A model generated the notes under the pieces. That model was given only the letters and a program-made list of their open reading frames with translations, did not search any database and was not told where the DNA came from. A stretch of DNA of 64,000 nt from an uncultured Porphyromonadaceae bacterium (GTDB taxonomy: Bacteria > Bacteroidota > Bacteroidia > Bacteroidales > UBA12481): contig CAZEKJ010000014.1 of NCBI GenBank assembly GCA_964512915.1, positions 36,550 to 100,549 of the forward strand, given 5' to 3'. The translations under genes were made by a program, and so were the position numbers. This document shows, one piece after another, positions 1 to 12,175 of the stretch; position 1 is the stretch's first letter; every line of letters starts with the position of its first letter.

Positions 1-2
1 TC

Positions 3-1478
3 CCCAACAAACTCTTCAACTTCACCACCCGGATCGGCCATACCCAAAACAGCAGCGATTCAACCATTGTGCTGAACTTTCCTTCGGGAGCATTTACGGT
101 AGGACGTTTTTATCCTTTCCGTTTTGGTGCCTCCGGCGGACGGCAGAAATGGTATGAAAAAATAGAAATGCGCTATACTGCCAACTTCGAGAATCGCATC
201 AAGTCGCAGGAGGATTCACTATTCTCTTCTGATCTGAACTTCTCACGAGATATTTTAAGCAAGATGCGGAACGGATTCCAGCATGAAATCCCGCTCTCTG
301 CCTCGTTCAAACCGGTTAAAGACATGACACTGACCCCTTCCTTGAACTATATCGGTGTAATGTATTTCAGCTATCTGGATAAGACCTGGGATGCCGAAGC
401 CGAAAGCATGATAATTGAACGGATCAACAAGATCAACTATGTTCAGGCAATCAGTCCCAACCTGAACCTGAGTTATTCGCCCAGGGCGTATATCTACTAT
501 GACCCTATTAAAGGTAATGTCAAGACAATCAGACACATGATGAGCCCGTCCCTCTCTTTTGGTTTCAGGCCTGACCTGGGATATGATTATGGGAAATACA
601 ATCGTACGATTGTGCTGGCTGAGGAGGACGACAATGGAAAACTGCAGATGGACGAATTTACCTATTCCATTTTTGATGAGGGTATTTACCGGTTGCCTTC
701 GGTGGCGGGAAAGTATGGAAACATAAGTTTCAGCATGGGGAACAATATTGAGATGAAAGTTCTCGACAAGGCCGACTCAACAGGGGTTAAGCTCAAGAAA
801 GTAAAGCTACTGGAGAGTTTATCCCTGAACACCTCCTATGATATTTTTCGCGATTCTCTCAATCTATCTCCGGTAACCTTATCTGCCAGAACTACCCTGT
901 TTGACCAGTTTAACATCCAGTTCAGGTCGACATTTAATGCTTATGCGGCAGATTCCATCCTGAAGAATAACCGTTACATGTACCAAACGGTTAATACCTT
1001 TGAAATAGCCCGATCGGGGAAACCCTTGAGGTTAACCGATGCGGATATGTCACTTGGGTTTGAACTGCCTTTGAAGAAGAAGCAGACCGGCACGCAACCT
1101 GCGAAAGCACCTGCCCCGTCAGTATACGAGGATCAAAATATTCCTGAGTTTTCAGGTAAATGGAACCTGCGTGTTGACTATAACTTCCGTTATTCGAAAC
1201 CTTATTTTAAATCAGAAATCAAGCAATCGCTCAGATTTACCGGAGGCATTGCGCTGACTCCAAAATGGAAAGCCAGTTTTTCATCCGGATATGACTTTGT
1301 TAACCAAGAATTTACGTATACTAACTTCCGGCTGGACCGGGATTTGCATTGCTGGACCATGAGTATTGACGTGGTTCCTTTCGGGGAAAGGAAAAGCTAC
1401 ACTTTTACTCTGGCTGCAAGGGCCTCCCTGCTAAAGGATGTTAAGTACCTCAAGCAGAAAAACTGGATGGATAATTAA
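3..1478 (+). CDS. lptD: Putative LPS-assembly protein LptD (OstA-like outer-membrane beta-barrel), C-terminal part; 5' end lies before the window
   Basis: The frame is open from position 3 with no stop before the tracked start at 69. Aromatic-rich beta-strand pattern. C-terminus 'LDRDLHCWTMSIDVVPFGERKSYTFTL...SLLKDVKY' matches the Bacteroidetes putative LptD family as I recall it. Confidence 0.8.
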   Translation, partial: PNKLFNFTTRIGHTQNSSDSTIVLNFPSGAFTVGRFYPFRFGASGGRQKWYEKIEMRYTANFENRIKSQEDSLFSSDLNFSRDILSKMRNGFQHEIPLSASFKPVKDMTLTPSLNYIGVMYFSYLDKTWDAEAESMIIERINKINYVQAISPNLNLSYSPRAYIYYDPIKGNVKTIRHMMSPSLSFGFRPDLGYDYGKYNRTIVLAEEDDNGKLQMDEFTYSIFDEGIYRLPSVAGKYGNISFSMGNNIEMKVLDKADSTGVKLKKVKLLESLSLNTSYDIFRDSLNLSPVTLSARTTLFDQFNIQFRSTFNAYAADSILKNNRYMYQTVNTFEIARSGKPLRLTDADMSLGFELPLKKKQTGTQPAKAPAPSVYEDQNIPEFSGKWNLRVDYNFRYSKPYFKSEIKQSLRFTGGIALTPKWKASFSSGYDFVNQEFTYTNFRLDRDLHCWTMSIDVVPFGERKSYTFTLAARASLLKDVKYLKQKNWMDN

Positions 1479-1490
1479 AATATACAGACT

Positions 1491-1868
1491 ATGAAAAAAG
1501 CGATTAAAACTGACCTTGCACCGGCAGCAGTAGGCCCTTACAGCCAGGCAATAGAAGCCGGAGGTTTTCTCTTCATTTCAGGACAGATTCCGCTGGTTCC
1601 GGCAACCGGCAAGCTACTGGAAGGTAGTATTGCAGATCAAACCCACCTGGTTATGAATAACATTGGTGAGATATTGAAGGAAGCAGGATACACCTATGAG
1701 CAACTTGTCAAATGCACCTGTTTCCTGGCCAATATTGAGGATTTCAAGGCGATGAATGAGGTGTATGGATCTTACTTTCCCGGGGTGCCCCCGGCCAGGG
1801 CGGCCTTTCAGGTAGCGCGGCTGCCATTGGGTGCCCAGGTGGAAATAGATGCTATTGCGTACAAATAA
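1491..1868 (+). CDS. ridA: RidA/YjgF family reactive enamine/imine deaminase
   Basis: 125 aa with 'APAAVGPYSQA', 'FISGQIP', 'PARAAFQVARLP' and 'VEID' motifs. Confidence 0.93.
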   Translation: MKKAIKTDLAPAAVGPYSQAIEAGGFLFISGQIPLVPATGKLLEGSIADQTHLVMNNIGEILKEAGYTYEQLVKCTCFLANIEDFKAMNEVYGSYFPGVPPARAAFQVARLPLGAQVEIDAIAYK

Positions 1869-1898
1869 AAAAAAGCTGCCCGAGGGGGCAGCTTTTTT
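1869..1898. terminator. Bidirectional intrinsic terminator between convergent ridA and rplI
   Basis: AAAAAAGCTGCCC-GAGG-GGGCAGCTTTTTT hairpin with A and T tracts on both flanks. Confidence 0.85.
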
Positions 1899-1936
1899 AA
1901 ACCTGACAGGTTTCCAAAAACCTGTCAGGTTTAAAA
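1895..1936. repeat. Perfect 19-bp inverted repeat made of two internally palindromic units (REP-like doublet)
   Basis: TTTTAAACCTGACAGGTTT-CCAA-AAACCTGTCAGGTTTAAAA. Each arm contains AAACCTG(A/T)CAGGTTT. Confidence 0.8.
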
Positions 1937-1942
1937 TCTCGG

Positions 1943-2389
1943 TTACTCGGAGTAAACCTCAAAGCCGATCTCAGCCTTGATATCCTTGTAAACCTTGATA
2001 GTAGCTTTATAGGAACCAATCTCCTTAATGCTGTCTTCCCCTAAGGTGATATTCTTCCTGTCGATTTCAAATCCCTTTTCAATCAGCGCTTCAGCGATCT
2101 GAATCGTGTTAACAGAACCGAATATTTTTCCGGTGGTAGAAGTTTTCGCACCGATGCGGAGTTCTATTTTTCCTAGTTTCTGTGCCATTTCCAGTGCATC
2201 TTCGCGTTTCTTGAGTTCCTTATGGGAACGCTGGCGAAGGTTTTCAGCATGCATCTTTTTTGCCGAAGGAGTTGCCTGTGAAGCAAATCCTTGCGGAATC
2301 AGGAAGTTGCGGGCATAACCGTGCTTTACCTTAACCACGTCGTCTTTATGACCGAGGTTAGTAACATCCTGTAATAAAATAATTTCCAT
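1943..2389 (-). CDS. rplI: 50S ribosomal protein L9
   Basis: 'MEIILLQDVTNLG..DDVVKVKHGYARNFLIPQG' and 'KIFGSV' motifs; last gene of rpsF-rpsR-rplI. Confidence 0.98.
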   Translation of the reverse strand: MEIILLQDVTNLGHKDDVVKVKHGYARNFLIPQGFASQATPSAKKMHAENLRQRSHKELKKREDALEMAQKLGKIELRIGAKTSTTGKIFGSVNTIQIAEALIEKGFEIDRKNITLGEDSIKEIGSYKATIKVYKDIKAEIGFEVYSE

Positions 2390-2394
2390 GACTT

Positions 2395-2402
2395 ACCTCC
2401 TC
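2395..2402 (-). promoter_or_regulatory. Strong Shine-Dalgarno upstream of rplI
   Basis: Minus strand reads GAGGAGGT-AAGTC-ATG (5-nt spacer). Confidence 0.7.
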
Positions 2403-2405
2403 AGA

Positions 2406-2675
2406 TTATTTTAACATATCGGTTACATAAGGCAGGATTGCAATATGCCGGGCCCGTTTGATAGCCTGAGCGATTTTCCTCTGAAATTTCAGGGAGGTAC
2501 CGGTCAGTCGGCGGGGCAGAATCTTACCTTGTTCATTCAGGAACTTCTTGAGGAAGTTAGGATCTTTGTAGTCAATGTACTTGATATTGGCACGTTTGAA
2601 ACGGCAATATTTTTTCCTCTTGACTTCAACAGTCGGCGGTGTTAAATACCGTATTTCTGATTGACTGGTTGCCAT
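2406..2675 (-). CDS. rpsR: 30S ribosomal protein S18 (lacks the zinc-binding cysteine set)
   Basis: 'KKYCRFK...IDYKD...[14 protein letters not shown]...[12 protein letters not shown]...LPY'. Confidence 0.98.
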   Translation of the reverse strand: MATSQSEIRYLTPPTVEVKRKKYCRFKRANIKYIDYKDPNFLKKFLNEQGKILPRRLTGTSLKFQRKIAQAIKRARHIAILPYVTDMLK

Positions 2676-2678
2676 TGT

Positions 2679-3038
2679 TTACTCCTCCTTCTTTTCCTGG
2701 TTTGATGCATTACTAGCAAGCCTGCGGCGCTTAATGTTATACTCAACAGCATGCTTGTCGAGTTTAACTGTCAGAAAACGGATGATGCGCTCATCTCTTC
2801 TGAACTCCACTTCAAGGCGGTTGGTTAAGTCACCGGCTGCTTTAAACTCGATAAGATGGTAAAATCCGGTTGATTTTTTCTGAATCGGATAGGCCAGCTT
2901 ACGGAGTCCCCAGTGGTCCTCGAAAATGATCTCCCCGCCATTTTCGGCGAGAAAACCCGAGAACTTCTTAACCGCTTCCTTCATCTGATCTTCAGACAAA
3001 ACGGGAGTTACAATGAAAACGGTTTCGTACTGATTCAT
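2679..3038 (-). CDS. rpsF: 30S ribosomal protein S6
   Basis: 'YETVFIVTP...[15 protein letters not shown]...RDERIIRFL'. Confidence 0.98.
   Translation of the reverse strand: MNQYETVFIVTPVLSEDQMKEAVKKFSGFLAENGGEIIFEDHWGLRKLAYPIQKKSTGFYHLIEFKAAGDLTNRLEVEFRRDERIIRFLTVKLDKHAVEYNIKRRRLASNASNQEKKEE
2684..2690 (-). promoter_or_regulatory. Strong Shine-Dalgarno upstream of rpsR, inside the 3' end of rpsF
   Basis: Minus strand reads AAGGAGG-AGTAAACA-ATG (8-nt spacer). Confidence 0.7.
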
Positions 3039-3079
3039 CTTGTGTTAATTAATAATTTGTAAAAATTGCATTTGGGCTG

Positions 3080-3087
3080 CAAAGATA
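3080..3087 (-). promoter_or_regulatory. Bacteroidota -7 promoter element for rpsF-rpsR-rplI
   Basis: TATCTTTG on the minus strand matches TAnnTTTG, about 40 nt upstream of the ATG. Confidence 0.7.
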
Positions 3088-3159
3088 GAAAAAAAACCGT
3101 CTCAAACAAGCGTTGATAACCCTTTGGCTCACCAGAGGCAAATTTATGGTTCTATTTTT

Positions 3160-3167
3160 TACTTTTG
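3160..3167 (+). promoter_or_regulatory. -7 promoter element for dnaX
   Basis: TACTTTTG about 20 nt upstream of the ATG. Confidence 0.65.
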
Positions 3168-3188
3168 TAAGGCTCTAAAACGTCCTGA

Positions 3189-4922
3189 ATGGAACAGCAG
3201 TTTATTGTTAGTGCACGGAAGTACAGACCCGACAGTTTTGAAACGGTTGTCGGGCAACCGTCGATTACGCGAACACTTAAGAATGCAATTGCCGGGAATC
3301 ATCTGGCGCATGCGTACCTTTTTTGCGGGCCTCGTGGAGTAGGGAAGACCACCTGTGCCCGGATTTTCGCAAAAACAATCAATTGCACCAGCCTGAGCGC
3401 TGAAATGGAGGCCTGCAATGTTTGCGAAGCCTGTAAAACCTTCCAGGAAAGCCGGTCCTTTAACATCCACGAGCTCGATGCCGCCTCCAATAATCATGTT
3501 GAGGACATCCGGAACCTGATTGACCAGGTGCGGATACCGCCGCAAACGGGCCGGTATTCGGTTTATATCATTGATGAGGTTCACATGCTGTCGCAGGCGG
3601 CATTTAATGCTTTCCTGAAAACCCTCGAGGAACCACCCGCGCATGCCATATTTATTCTGGCTACAACAGAAAAGCATAAAATACTACCGACCATCCTATC
3701 CAGGTGCCAGGTGTTTGATTTTCACCGGATTCAGATCAGAGATATTATCGGTCAGCTGCAAAGAATAGCACAAAAAGAGTCAATTACCGCTGAGGTATCT
3801 GCCCTGAATGTAATTGCTCATAAGGCTGATGGTGCAATGCGTGATGCCCTGTCAATTTTTGATCAGGTTGTCAGTTTTAGTGAGAATTCCATCACTTATC
3901 AGCAAGTAATAGAACACCTTAATGTTCTTGACCTTGATTACTACTTTAAGCTGACAGACCTGTTCATGACAGGCAATTACAGGGAAGCACTGCTGGTTTT
4001 CAATACCATCCTGGAGGAGGGATTTGATGGTCACAATTTTATTTCCGGTTTATCCACACATTTCAGGGATCTGCTTGTCAGCCGTGACCCTGAGACGATC
4101 GAACTGCTGGAAGTGGGAGATGAGATCAGCGAACGGTACCGAAAAACCGCAGCCCTCTGCACCGTTGATTTCTTATATGAAGGCCTGAGAATTCTCAATT
4201 CTTGTGACTTGTCATTCAAGCAGGCCAAGGATCCACGGCTTATGGTTGAACTTACCCTGATGAGCTTGTCGCGTTTGAACCGGGTTCCCTCAGCTCCCGT
4301 GGCTCCTGCTCCTGCCGCTCCAACCAAGCCTTTTGCTCCCCCGCCACCGGAAAAAGTTCCTGAGCCATCACCCAAAGTTGAGAATATCGCTGAACCTCCT
4401 GCTTCATCGGCTCGCCAGGATACTCAGCGACAAGAAGTTACAACTGCACCCGCACAAGTGACCCGTATATCAGATTATATCAGGAAAAAACCTGCTGAAG
4501 ATCCTCCCGCAGCAGCAGCAGGACCTGAAAGCCAATCTCAACCAGAAGTTCAGGCAACGGTTACGCTCACCCCGGCAAGTTTAAAGACAATCTGGCTGGA
4601 ATTTGCCGGAACACTGGAGAATGACCAGCCAAGGCTATACAACACGCTGATCACACAATTACCCGAGCTGACTGCCGACGGCAACCTTCTTATCCGGTTA
4701 AACAACCCGTTGCAGGAGAAAGCCATCAGGAGCATTCTTTTCGAACTGAACAGCTACATAAGGAAACGTACAGGCAATATGGACCTCGAACTGCAAACGG
4801 AGGTTCCAGACCAGCCCACCGGCAGGAAACTATATACACAGCAGGAAAAGTACAATCACCTGCAGGCAAAAAACCCGAACCTGGAATTATTTAAGCAATC
4901 ACTTGACCTTGACCTTGAATAG
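3189..4922 (+). CDS. dnaX: DNA polymerase III subunit gamma/tau
   Basis: 'ARKYRP', Walker A 'GPRGVGKTT', zinc-motif cysteines, 'ELDAASN', 'IIDEVHML', 'TILSRCQ'; Pro/Ala-rich linker; C-terminal 'KNPNL..FKQSLDLD'. Confidence 0.97.
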   Translation: MEQQFIVSARKYRPDSFETVVGQPSITRTLKNAIAGNHLAHAYLFCGPRGVGKTTCARIFAKTINCTSLSAEMEACNVCEACKTFQESRSFNIHELDAASNNHVEDIRNLIDQVRIPPQTGRYSVYIIDEVHMLSQAAFNAFLKTLEEPPAHAIFILATTEKHKILPTILSRCQVFDFHRIQIRDIIGQLQRIAQKESITAEVSALNVIAHKADGAMRDALSIFDQVVSFSENSITYQQVIEHLNVLDLDYYFKLTDLFMTGNYREALLVFNTILEEGFDGHNFISGLSTHFRDLLVSRDPETIELLEVGDEISERYRKTAALCTVDFLYEGLRILNSCDLSFKQAKDPRLMVELTLMSLSRLNRVPSAPVAPAPAAPTKPFAPPPPEKVPEPSPKVENIAEPPASSARQDTQRQEVTTAPAQVTRISDYIRKKPAEDPPAAAAGPESQSQPEVQATVTLTPASLKTIWLEFAGTLENDQPRLYNTLITQLPELTADGNLLIRLNNPLQEKAIRSILFELNSYIRKRTGNMDLELQTEVPDQPTGRKLYTQQEKYNHLQAKNPNLELFKQSLDLDLE

Positions 4923-4991
4923 AACCTGACAATTATTCAGGCAATGCATTTTGGCGCATGAATTGACTTACCACTACTCAAGAAAAAGAAT

Positions 4992-7900
4992 ATGTCACTA
5001 CTAAATAGCATTATATCAGGTTTTTTTGGCAATAAATCCAAAGAGGATTACAAATCTGCGCTTCCTGCTGTTGGGAAAATCAAGGCCTTAGGCGCCGAAC
5101 TGGCAGGGCTTACCCATGATGAGCTCCGAGCGAGAACCCGGGAGATCCGCCTCGCAATAAGCTCCAGCGTTGAAAATGAGGATGCAGCGATCCGGGAGAT
5201 CAAAGCCAAAATCGATGCTGATGAGATTCCTATGGAAGAGCGCGAACAGGCTTTCCATCAGATTGATAAACTGGAGCAGAATATTAAGGAGACAGTCGAG
5301 GAAAAACTGATTGAATACCTCCCGCTGGCCTTTGCAATCGTTAAGGAGACAGCAACCCGCTTTATGAATAATGAGGAGATTGAGGTGACGGCAGAAACCC
5401 TGGACCGGGATATAGCTGCCCGGCGCGATGGGGTTGAGATAAGGGGTGATAAGGCCATCTGGAAAAATCGCTGGCTGGCAGGTGGGAATGAAGTTACCTG
5501 GGACATGATCCATTACGATGTACAGCTGATCGGGGGGTTGTCCCTTCATCAGGGTAAAATCGCCGAAATGGCCACAGGTGAAGGGAAAACCCTTGTGGCT
5601 ACCCTCCCTGTTTTCCTGAATGCACTTTCAGGCCGCGGTGTTCATGTGGTAACGGTTAACGATTACCTGGCCAAGCGTGACTCCGAATGGATGGGGCCGA
5701 TGTTTGAATTTCACGGATTAAGGGTGGATTGCATCGACAAGCACCAGCCAAACTCCGAGGCACGCCGGCATGCCTATATGGCTGATATTACCTATGGTAC
5801 AAACAATGAATTCGGATTCGACTACCTGCGCGATAACATGGCTATCTCTCCGGACGACCTGGTTCAGCGGGGACACAACTATGCCATTGTGGATGAGGTT
5901 GACTCGGTCCTGATTGATGATGCCAGAACTCCGCTGATCATATCCGGCCCGGTTCCCAAGGGCGATGACCAGTTGTTTGGTGAAATGAAGCCAAGAGTGG
6001 TGAAGCTTGTAAATGCCCAGAAGGCCGTGTTTAATGACACTTTCAGCCAGGCAAAAAAGCTTATTACTGAAGAAAACGAACAAGAAGGGGGCAAGCTGCT
6101 GCTTAGGGCCCATAAGGGTTTGCCTAAAACCAAGTCGCTGATCAAGTTTCTCAGTGAGGAGGGGATGAAGGCACTGATGCACAAGACCGAGAACTTTTAC
6201 ATGCAGGAGAATAGCAAGAACATGCATGTGGTAACGGATGACCTGTTCTTTGTCATTGACGAAAAGAATAATTCAGTGGAACTCACGGAAAAAGGTATTG
6301 ACCTGATTACAGGAGCCGGTGAGGATCCCGAATTTTTTGTTCTGCCGGATATCGGTGTAGAGATTTCAGAGATTGAGCGGACAGCTAAGGACGAAAACGA
6401 GATACTTCAAAGAAAAGATGCCCTGATCCGCGAGTTTTCTATCAAATCGGAACGTGTTCATACGATCAACCAGCTTCTGAAAGCCTACACGCTTTTTGAG
6501 AATGATGTTGAATATGTTCTGATGGATGGCAAGGTTAAGATCGTTGATGAACAGACCGGACGTATCATGGAGGGCAGGCGCTATTCCGACGGCTTGCATC
6601 AGGCTATAGAGGCAAAGGAAAACGTTAAGGTTGAAGCTGCTACTCAGACTTTCGCAACCATTACCCTTCAGAATTATTTCAGAATGTACAACAAGCTTGC
6701 CGGGATGACCGGTACGGCTGAAACCGAAGCCGGTGAATTCTGGAGTATCTATAAGCTGGAAGTGGTTGTAACCCCGACAAACCGGAATATAGTCAGGGAT
6801 GACCGTGAGGACCTGGTTTACAAAACCAAGCGCGAGAAATACAACGCGGTTATTGATGAGATTGTCAAACTTGTTAAAGAGGGACGTGCATGTCTTGTTG
6901 GAACCACCTCGGTGGAGATTTCAGAACTGCTTAGCAGAATGCTGAAGATCAGGGGTATTGCACATAATGTTCTGAATGCCAAGTTGCACCAGCGGGAGGC
7001 TGAAATTGTCCTCCATGCGGGTCAGCCCGGTGCTGTGACCATTGCGACCAACATGGCCGGAAGGGGAACGGATATCAAGCTGCATCCTTCTGTGAAAACT
7101 GCCGGTGGCCTCGCAATCATCGGAACGGAACGACATGAATCACGAAGGGTAGACCGCCAGTTAAGAGGCCGTGCAGGCCGTCAGGGTGACCCGGGTAGTT
7201 CGCAGTTCTTTGTATCCCTGGAAGATGACCTCATGCGCTTATTCGGTTCCGACCGCATCGCCAAAATGATGGACCGGCTCGGGCTTAAAGAAGGGGAGGT
7301 AATCCAGCACTCAATGATTACGAAATCCATCGAGCGGGCTCAACGGAAAGTTGAGGAGAATAACTTTGGGATACGTAAGCGACTCCTGGAATATGACGAC
7401 GTGATGAACAGCCAGAGAGAAGTGGTCTACGGTCGGAGAAGGCATGCCTTATATGGTGAGCGGATCGAGATGGATATCATGAACATGATGGGCGATCTTT
7501 CAGCCACCATTGTTGAGGAACAGAAATCAGCCGGTGACTTTGAAGAATTCAGGCTTGACCTGATCAGATACCTGGCCATTGACTCCCCGTTTTCCGAAGA
7601 TGAATTCCATGATGGCAAACCGGAGCAGCTCTCCCATGAATTATCGGACAAGCTGGTAAAATCTTTCAATGCCAAGAATCAGTATATGGCCCAGCAAGCC
7701 TGGCCTGTGATAAAGGATGTATTTGAAAGGGCGGCTCATCAGTACGAAAATATCATGGTGCCCATCACTGACGGTCAGAAAACCATTCATATCAGCACAA
7801 ATCTGAAGAAAGCCTATGAAACCCAGAACCGTGAACTGGTAAAGGCCTTCTCAAAATCGGTTATTCTGGCAACGATTGATGAGGCCTGGAAGGAACACCT

Positions 7901-8327
7901 GCGGGAGATGGATGATCTCAAGCAATCAGTTCAGAATGCAACCTACGAACAGAAGGATCCACTCCTGATTTATAAGCTTGAATCATTCGACCTTTTTAAA
8001 AACATGGTCGACAAGGTTAACCGGGAGGTCATATCTATGCTGATGAAGGGACAGATACCTATTTCACAGCCTGAACAGGTTCGGGAAGCCCAGACCCGTC
8101 AAAAGCTTGATATGAGCCGTTACCAGACCAGCAAGACTGACATGCCCTCGTATTCTCCGGGCTCAGTTGCCGGTCCCGGCGGAGAACCACCCATGCCTCA
8201 GCAGCCAAAGCATGTTCAGCCCATTCGGGTAGAAAAAAAGGTGGGAAGAAACGATCCCTGCCCATGCGGTAGCGGGAAAAAATACAAGCAGTGCCACGGC
8301 AGGGCAGAGCTGAACCCAAATGCTTAA
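4992..8327 (+). CDS. secA: Preprotein translocase ATPase SecA
   Basis: '[10 protein letters not shown]', '[12 protein letters not shown]', '[12 protein letters not shown]', '[13 protein letters not shown]'; C-terminal SEC-C '[13 protein letters not shown]'. Confidence 0.99.
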   Translation: MSLLNSIISGFFGNKSKEDYKSALPAVGKIKALGAELAGLTHDELRARTREIRLAISSSVENEDAAIREIKAKIDADEIPMEEREQAFHQIDKLEQNIKETVEEKLIEYLPLAFAIVKETATRFMNNEEIEVTAETLDRDIAARRDGVEIRGDKAIWKNRWLAGGNEVTWDMIHYDVQLIGGLSLHQGKIAEMATGEGKTLVATLPVFLNALSGRGVHVVTVNDYLAKRDSEWMGPMFEFHGLRVDCIDKHQPNSEARRHAYMADITYGTNNEFGFDYLRDNMAISPDDLVQRGHNYAIVDEVDSVLIDDARTPLIISGPVPKGDDQLFGEMKPRVVKLVNAQKAVFNDTFSQAKKLITEENEQEGGKLLLRAHKGLPKTKSLIKFLSEEGMKALMHKTENFYMQENSKNMHVVTDDLFFVIDEKNNSVELTEKGIDLITGAGEDPEFFVLPDIGVEISEIERTAKDENEILQRKDALIREFSIKSERVHTINQLLKAYTLFENDVEYVLMDGKVKIVDEQTGRIMEGRRYSDGLHQAIEAKENVKVEAATQTFATITLQNYFRMYNKLAGMTGTAETEAGEFWSIYKLEVVVTPTNRNIVRDDREDLVYKTKREKYNAVIDEIVKLVKEGRACLVGTTSVEISELLSRMLKIRGIAHNVLNAKLHQREAEIVLHAGQPGAVTIATNMAGRGTDIKLHPSVKTAGGLAIIGTERHESRRVDRQLRGRAGRQGDPGSSQFFVSLEDDLMRLFGSDRIAKMMDRLGLKEGEVIQHSMITKSIERAQRKVEENNFGIRKRLLEYDDVMNSQREVVYGRRRHALYGERIEMDIMNMMGDLSATIVEEQKSAGDFEEFRLDLIRYLAIDSPFSEDEFHDGKPEQLSHELSDKLVKSFNAKNQYMAQQAWPVIKDVFERAAHQYENIMVPITDGQKTIHISTNLKKAYETQNRELVKAFSKSVILATIDEAWKEHLREMDDLKQSVQNATYEQKDPLLIYKLESFDLFKNMVDKVNREVISMLMKGQIPISQPEQVREAQTRQKLDMSRYQTSKTDMPSYSPGSVAGPGGEPPMPQQPKHVQPIRVEKKVGRNDPCPCGSGKKYKQCHGRAELNPNA

Positions 8328-9205
8328 AGTTTGCTAAGGCTGAGCCGGATCTTCTCTTTTAGCGGTTCTGAAACAGATACCAACGGTAATCTGACCGATT
8401 CCCCGCAGAGCCCGGCAATCGTTAATGCGGCTTTAACCCCGGCAGGACTGCCTTCAGCAAAAACCAATCCGGTGAGCTCAAGAATTTCGTAATGTATTCG
8501 CCGGGCAGCTTCAAAATTGCCTTCAAGTGCAAGCCTGCACAGCCTGCTCATCTCACCGGGGCATATGTTGGATATCACGGATATTACACCTTCAGCTCCC
8601 AGGCTGATCATGGGAAGTGTAAGGCTGTCATCTCCTGATAAAACCATGAATCCTTCAGGTTTTTCCCTTATAATGGCCATGATCTGATCAAGATTTCCGC
8701 TGGCCTCTTTAGTGGCTATAATATTGGGAACCTCATTAGCCAGACGAAGAGTCGTTTCTGCCGAAATATTGGATCCGGTCCGGCCGGGCACATTATAAAT
8801 GATCACGGGCAGGGGACTCATGGCCGCAATGGCTTCAAAATGCCGAAGCAATCCTGTTTGATTGGGCTTATTATAATAGGGTGCCACGGACAGGATGGCG
8901 TCGATTCCGCTGAACGGCTGATTTTTAATATGGTTAATCACGGATGCAGTGTCATTACCGCCAACTCCCAATACAATCGGCTTACGCCCTGCATTTACGT
9001 TGATAATCGTATCAACAACCTTGTTTTTTTCATCCTGGCTCAGAGTCGGGGTTTCCGCTGTGGTGCCAAGGACGACCAGGAAATCAATTCCCTTGTCGAG
9101 AGTATTGGATGTTACTCTTTTTAAAGCATTGTAATCAACATCACCATCCGTTGTAAACGGAGTAACCAGGGCGACCCCGGCTCCTTGAAATCTTGTATCA
9201 CTCAT
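8324..9205 (-). CDS. dapA: 4-hydroxy-tetrahydrodipicolinate synthase
   Basis: 'ALVTPF', 'GTTAE', 'PYYNKP', 'IYNVPGRTG' and Schiff-base 'KEASG'. Confidence 0.96.
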   Translation of the reverse strand: MSDTRFQGAGVALVTPFTTDGDVDYNALKRVTSNTLDKGIDFLVVLGTTAETPTLSQDEKNKVVDTIINVNAGRKPIVLGVGGNDTASVINHIKNQPFSGIDAILSVAPYYNKPNQTGLLRHFEAIAAMSPLPVIIYNVPGRTGSNISAETTLRLANEVPNIIATKEASGNLDQIMAIIREKPEGFMVLSGDDSLTLPMISLGAEGVISVISNICPGEMSRLCRLALEGNFEAARRIHYEILELTGLVFAEGSPAGVKAALTIAGLCGESVRLPLVSVSEPLKEKIRLSLSKL

Positions 9206-9207
9206 GA

Positions 9208-9807
9208 TTAAAATAGGATAAATTTATCAGAATCAGGTGATTGTGTCACCTGCTTGCCAGATTGTTTTTGCAGATATCTGATCAGGTTCTCGGCAAGGTA
9301 GGGTATATCTGATCGCTCATTCAATTCAATTTCGAAATCCAGAAGTCCGCTGCATAATCCTGCAGCACCGGCGAACATTTTGGCCTGGGAATGGTAAAGG
9401 ATTGTCTCCAGACTAAAGTTTTCAGCTGTTTCCAGAAAAAAAACAATGTCAAATTTTGCTGAGGTGAAAGGTTGTGACAAATCCTTTTTTGGAACCTTAA
9501 AGATTGACATGTCGTCTATGCCAATGAGTTGAACCGGCATGCCGGGGAAGTTCTTTTCATATTCGTAAGGGATGATCTCTTTCCTTTTTTCAGGAACCAG
9601 CAAAATGATATGACAACGTCTGTCGGTCTTTTGTATGGATCGGGCAAAAGTTACAACCGGCTGGACCGATCCGGGCTTTCTGACATCCGCCATGATTCCT
9701 ACTGAGTGTGCCTCAGGCAAGCAAATAAATGCTTTTGTGCTCCGGGATCTGGTAAAGTGACTTACCATGCCGGGCCTAAGAATTCTCTTCTGGATGAAAG
9801 TTATCAT
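9208..9807 (-). CDS. Conserved Bacteroidota hypothetical protein between ligA and dapA (DUF6913-like)
   Basis: ORF in tight synteny with ligA and dapA. Start moved to the ATG at 9807 to avoid overlap with ligA. Contains 'KFDIVFFL...SQAKMFAG...LDFEI'. Confidence 0.65.
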   Translation of the reverse strand: MITFIQKRILRPGMVSHFTRSRSTKAFICLPEAHSVGIMADVRKPGSVQPVVTFARSIQKTDRRCHIILLVPEKRKEIIPYEYEKNFPGMPVQLIGIDDMSIFKVPKKDLSQPFTSAKFDIVFFLETAENFSLETILYHSQAKMFAGAAGLCSGLLDFEIELNERSDIPYLAENLIRYLQKQSGKQVTQSPDSDKFILF

Positions 9808-9856
9808 ACTTGCACAAACATAAGAAAAAACAATGGATGCACTTGGAATCCTCAAG

Positions 9857-11941
<2,085 letters not shown>

Positions 11942-11952
11942 TTATTTATCAC

Positions 11953-11960
11953 TAACTTTG
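11953..11960 (+). promoter_or_regulatory. -7 promoter element in front of the cobalamin riboswitch
   Basis: TAACTTTG immediately 5' of the aptamer. Confidence 0.7.
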
Positions 11961-11964
11961 CATC

Positions 11965-12135
11965 GCACCGGTTTGCAGTTATCATTCGGTAACCGCAAAA
12001 AAAGGGAATCAGGTGAAAAACCTGAACAGTTTCCGCTGCTGTAATCTCCGGGAACTGCACTGGCAACCCGCCACTGTTCCAATTTGGGAATGGGAAGGCG
12101 CCAGATGCAGGGAGAGAGTCAGAAGACCTGCCTGT
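11965..12135 (+). ncRNA. Cobalamin (B12) riboswitch
   Basis: Conserved segments AAAAGGGAATCAGGTGAAAAACCTGAACAGTTTCCGCTGCTGTAA, GCCACTG..GGGAAGG and GTCAGAAGACCTGCC, directly upstream of a BtuB-like receptor. Boundaries approximate. Confidence 0.93.
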
Positions 12136-12175
12136 GCGAATAATAAATCCGTAGGTTCGGAATAAACCGGGAGGA

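Noticed and set aside
4340-4500. Possible programmed frameshift in dnaX to produce gamma (A-rich runs GGAAAAAG at about 4349 and GGAAAAAAC at about 4483)
   Set aside because: Neither run is an in-frame A_AAA_AAG heptamer or a run of 9 or more identical bases, and I saw no stimulatory hairpin.
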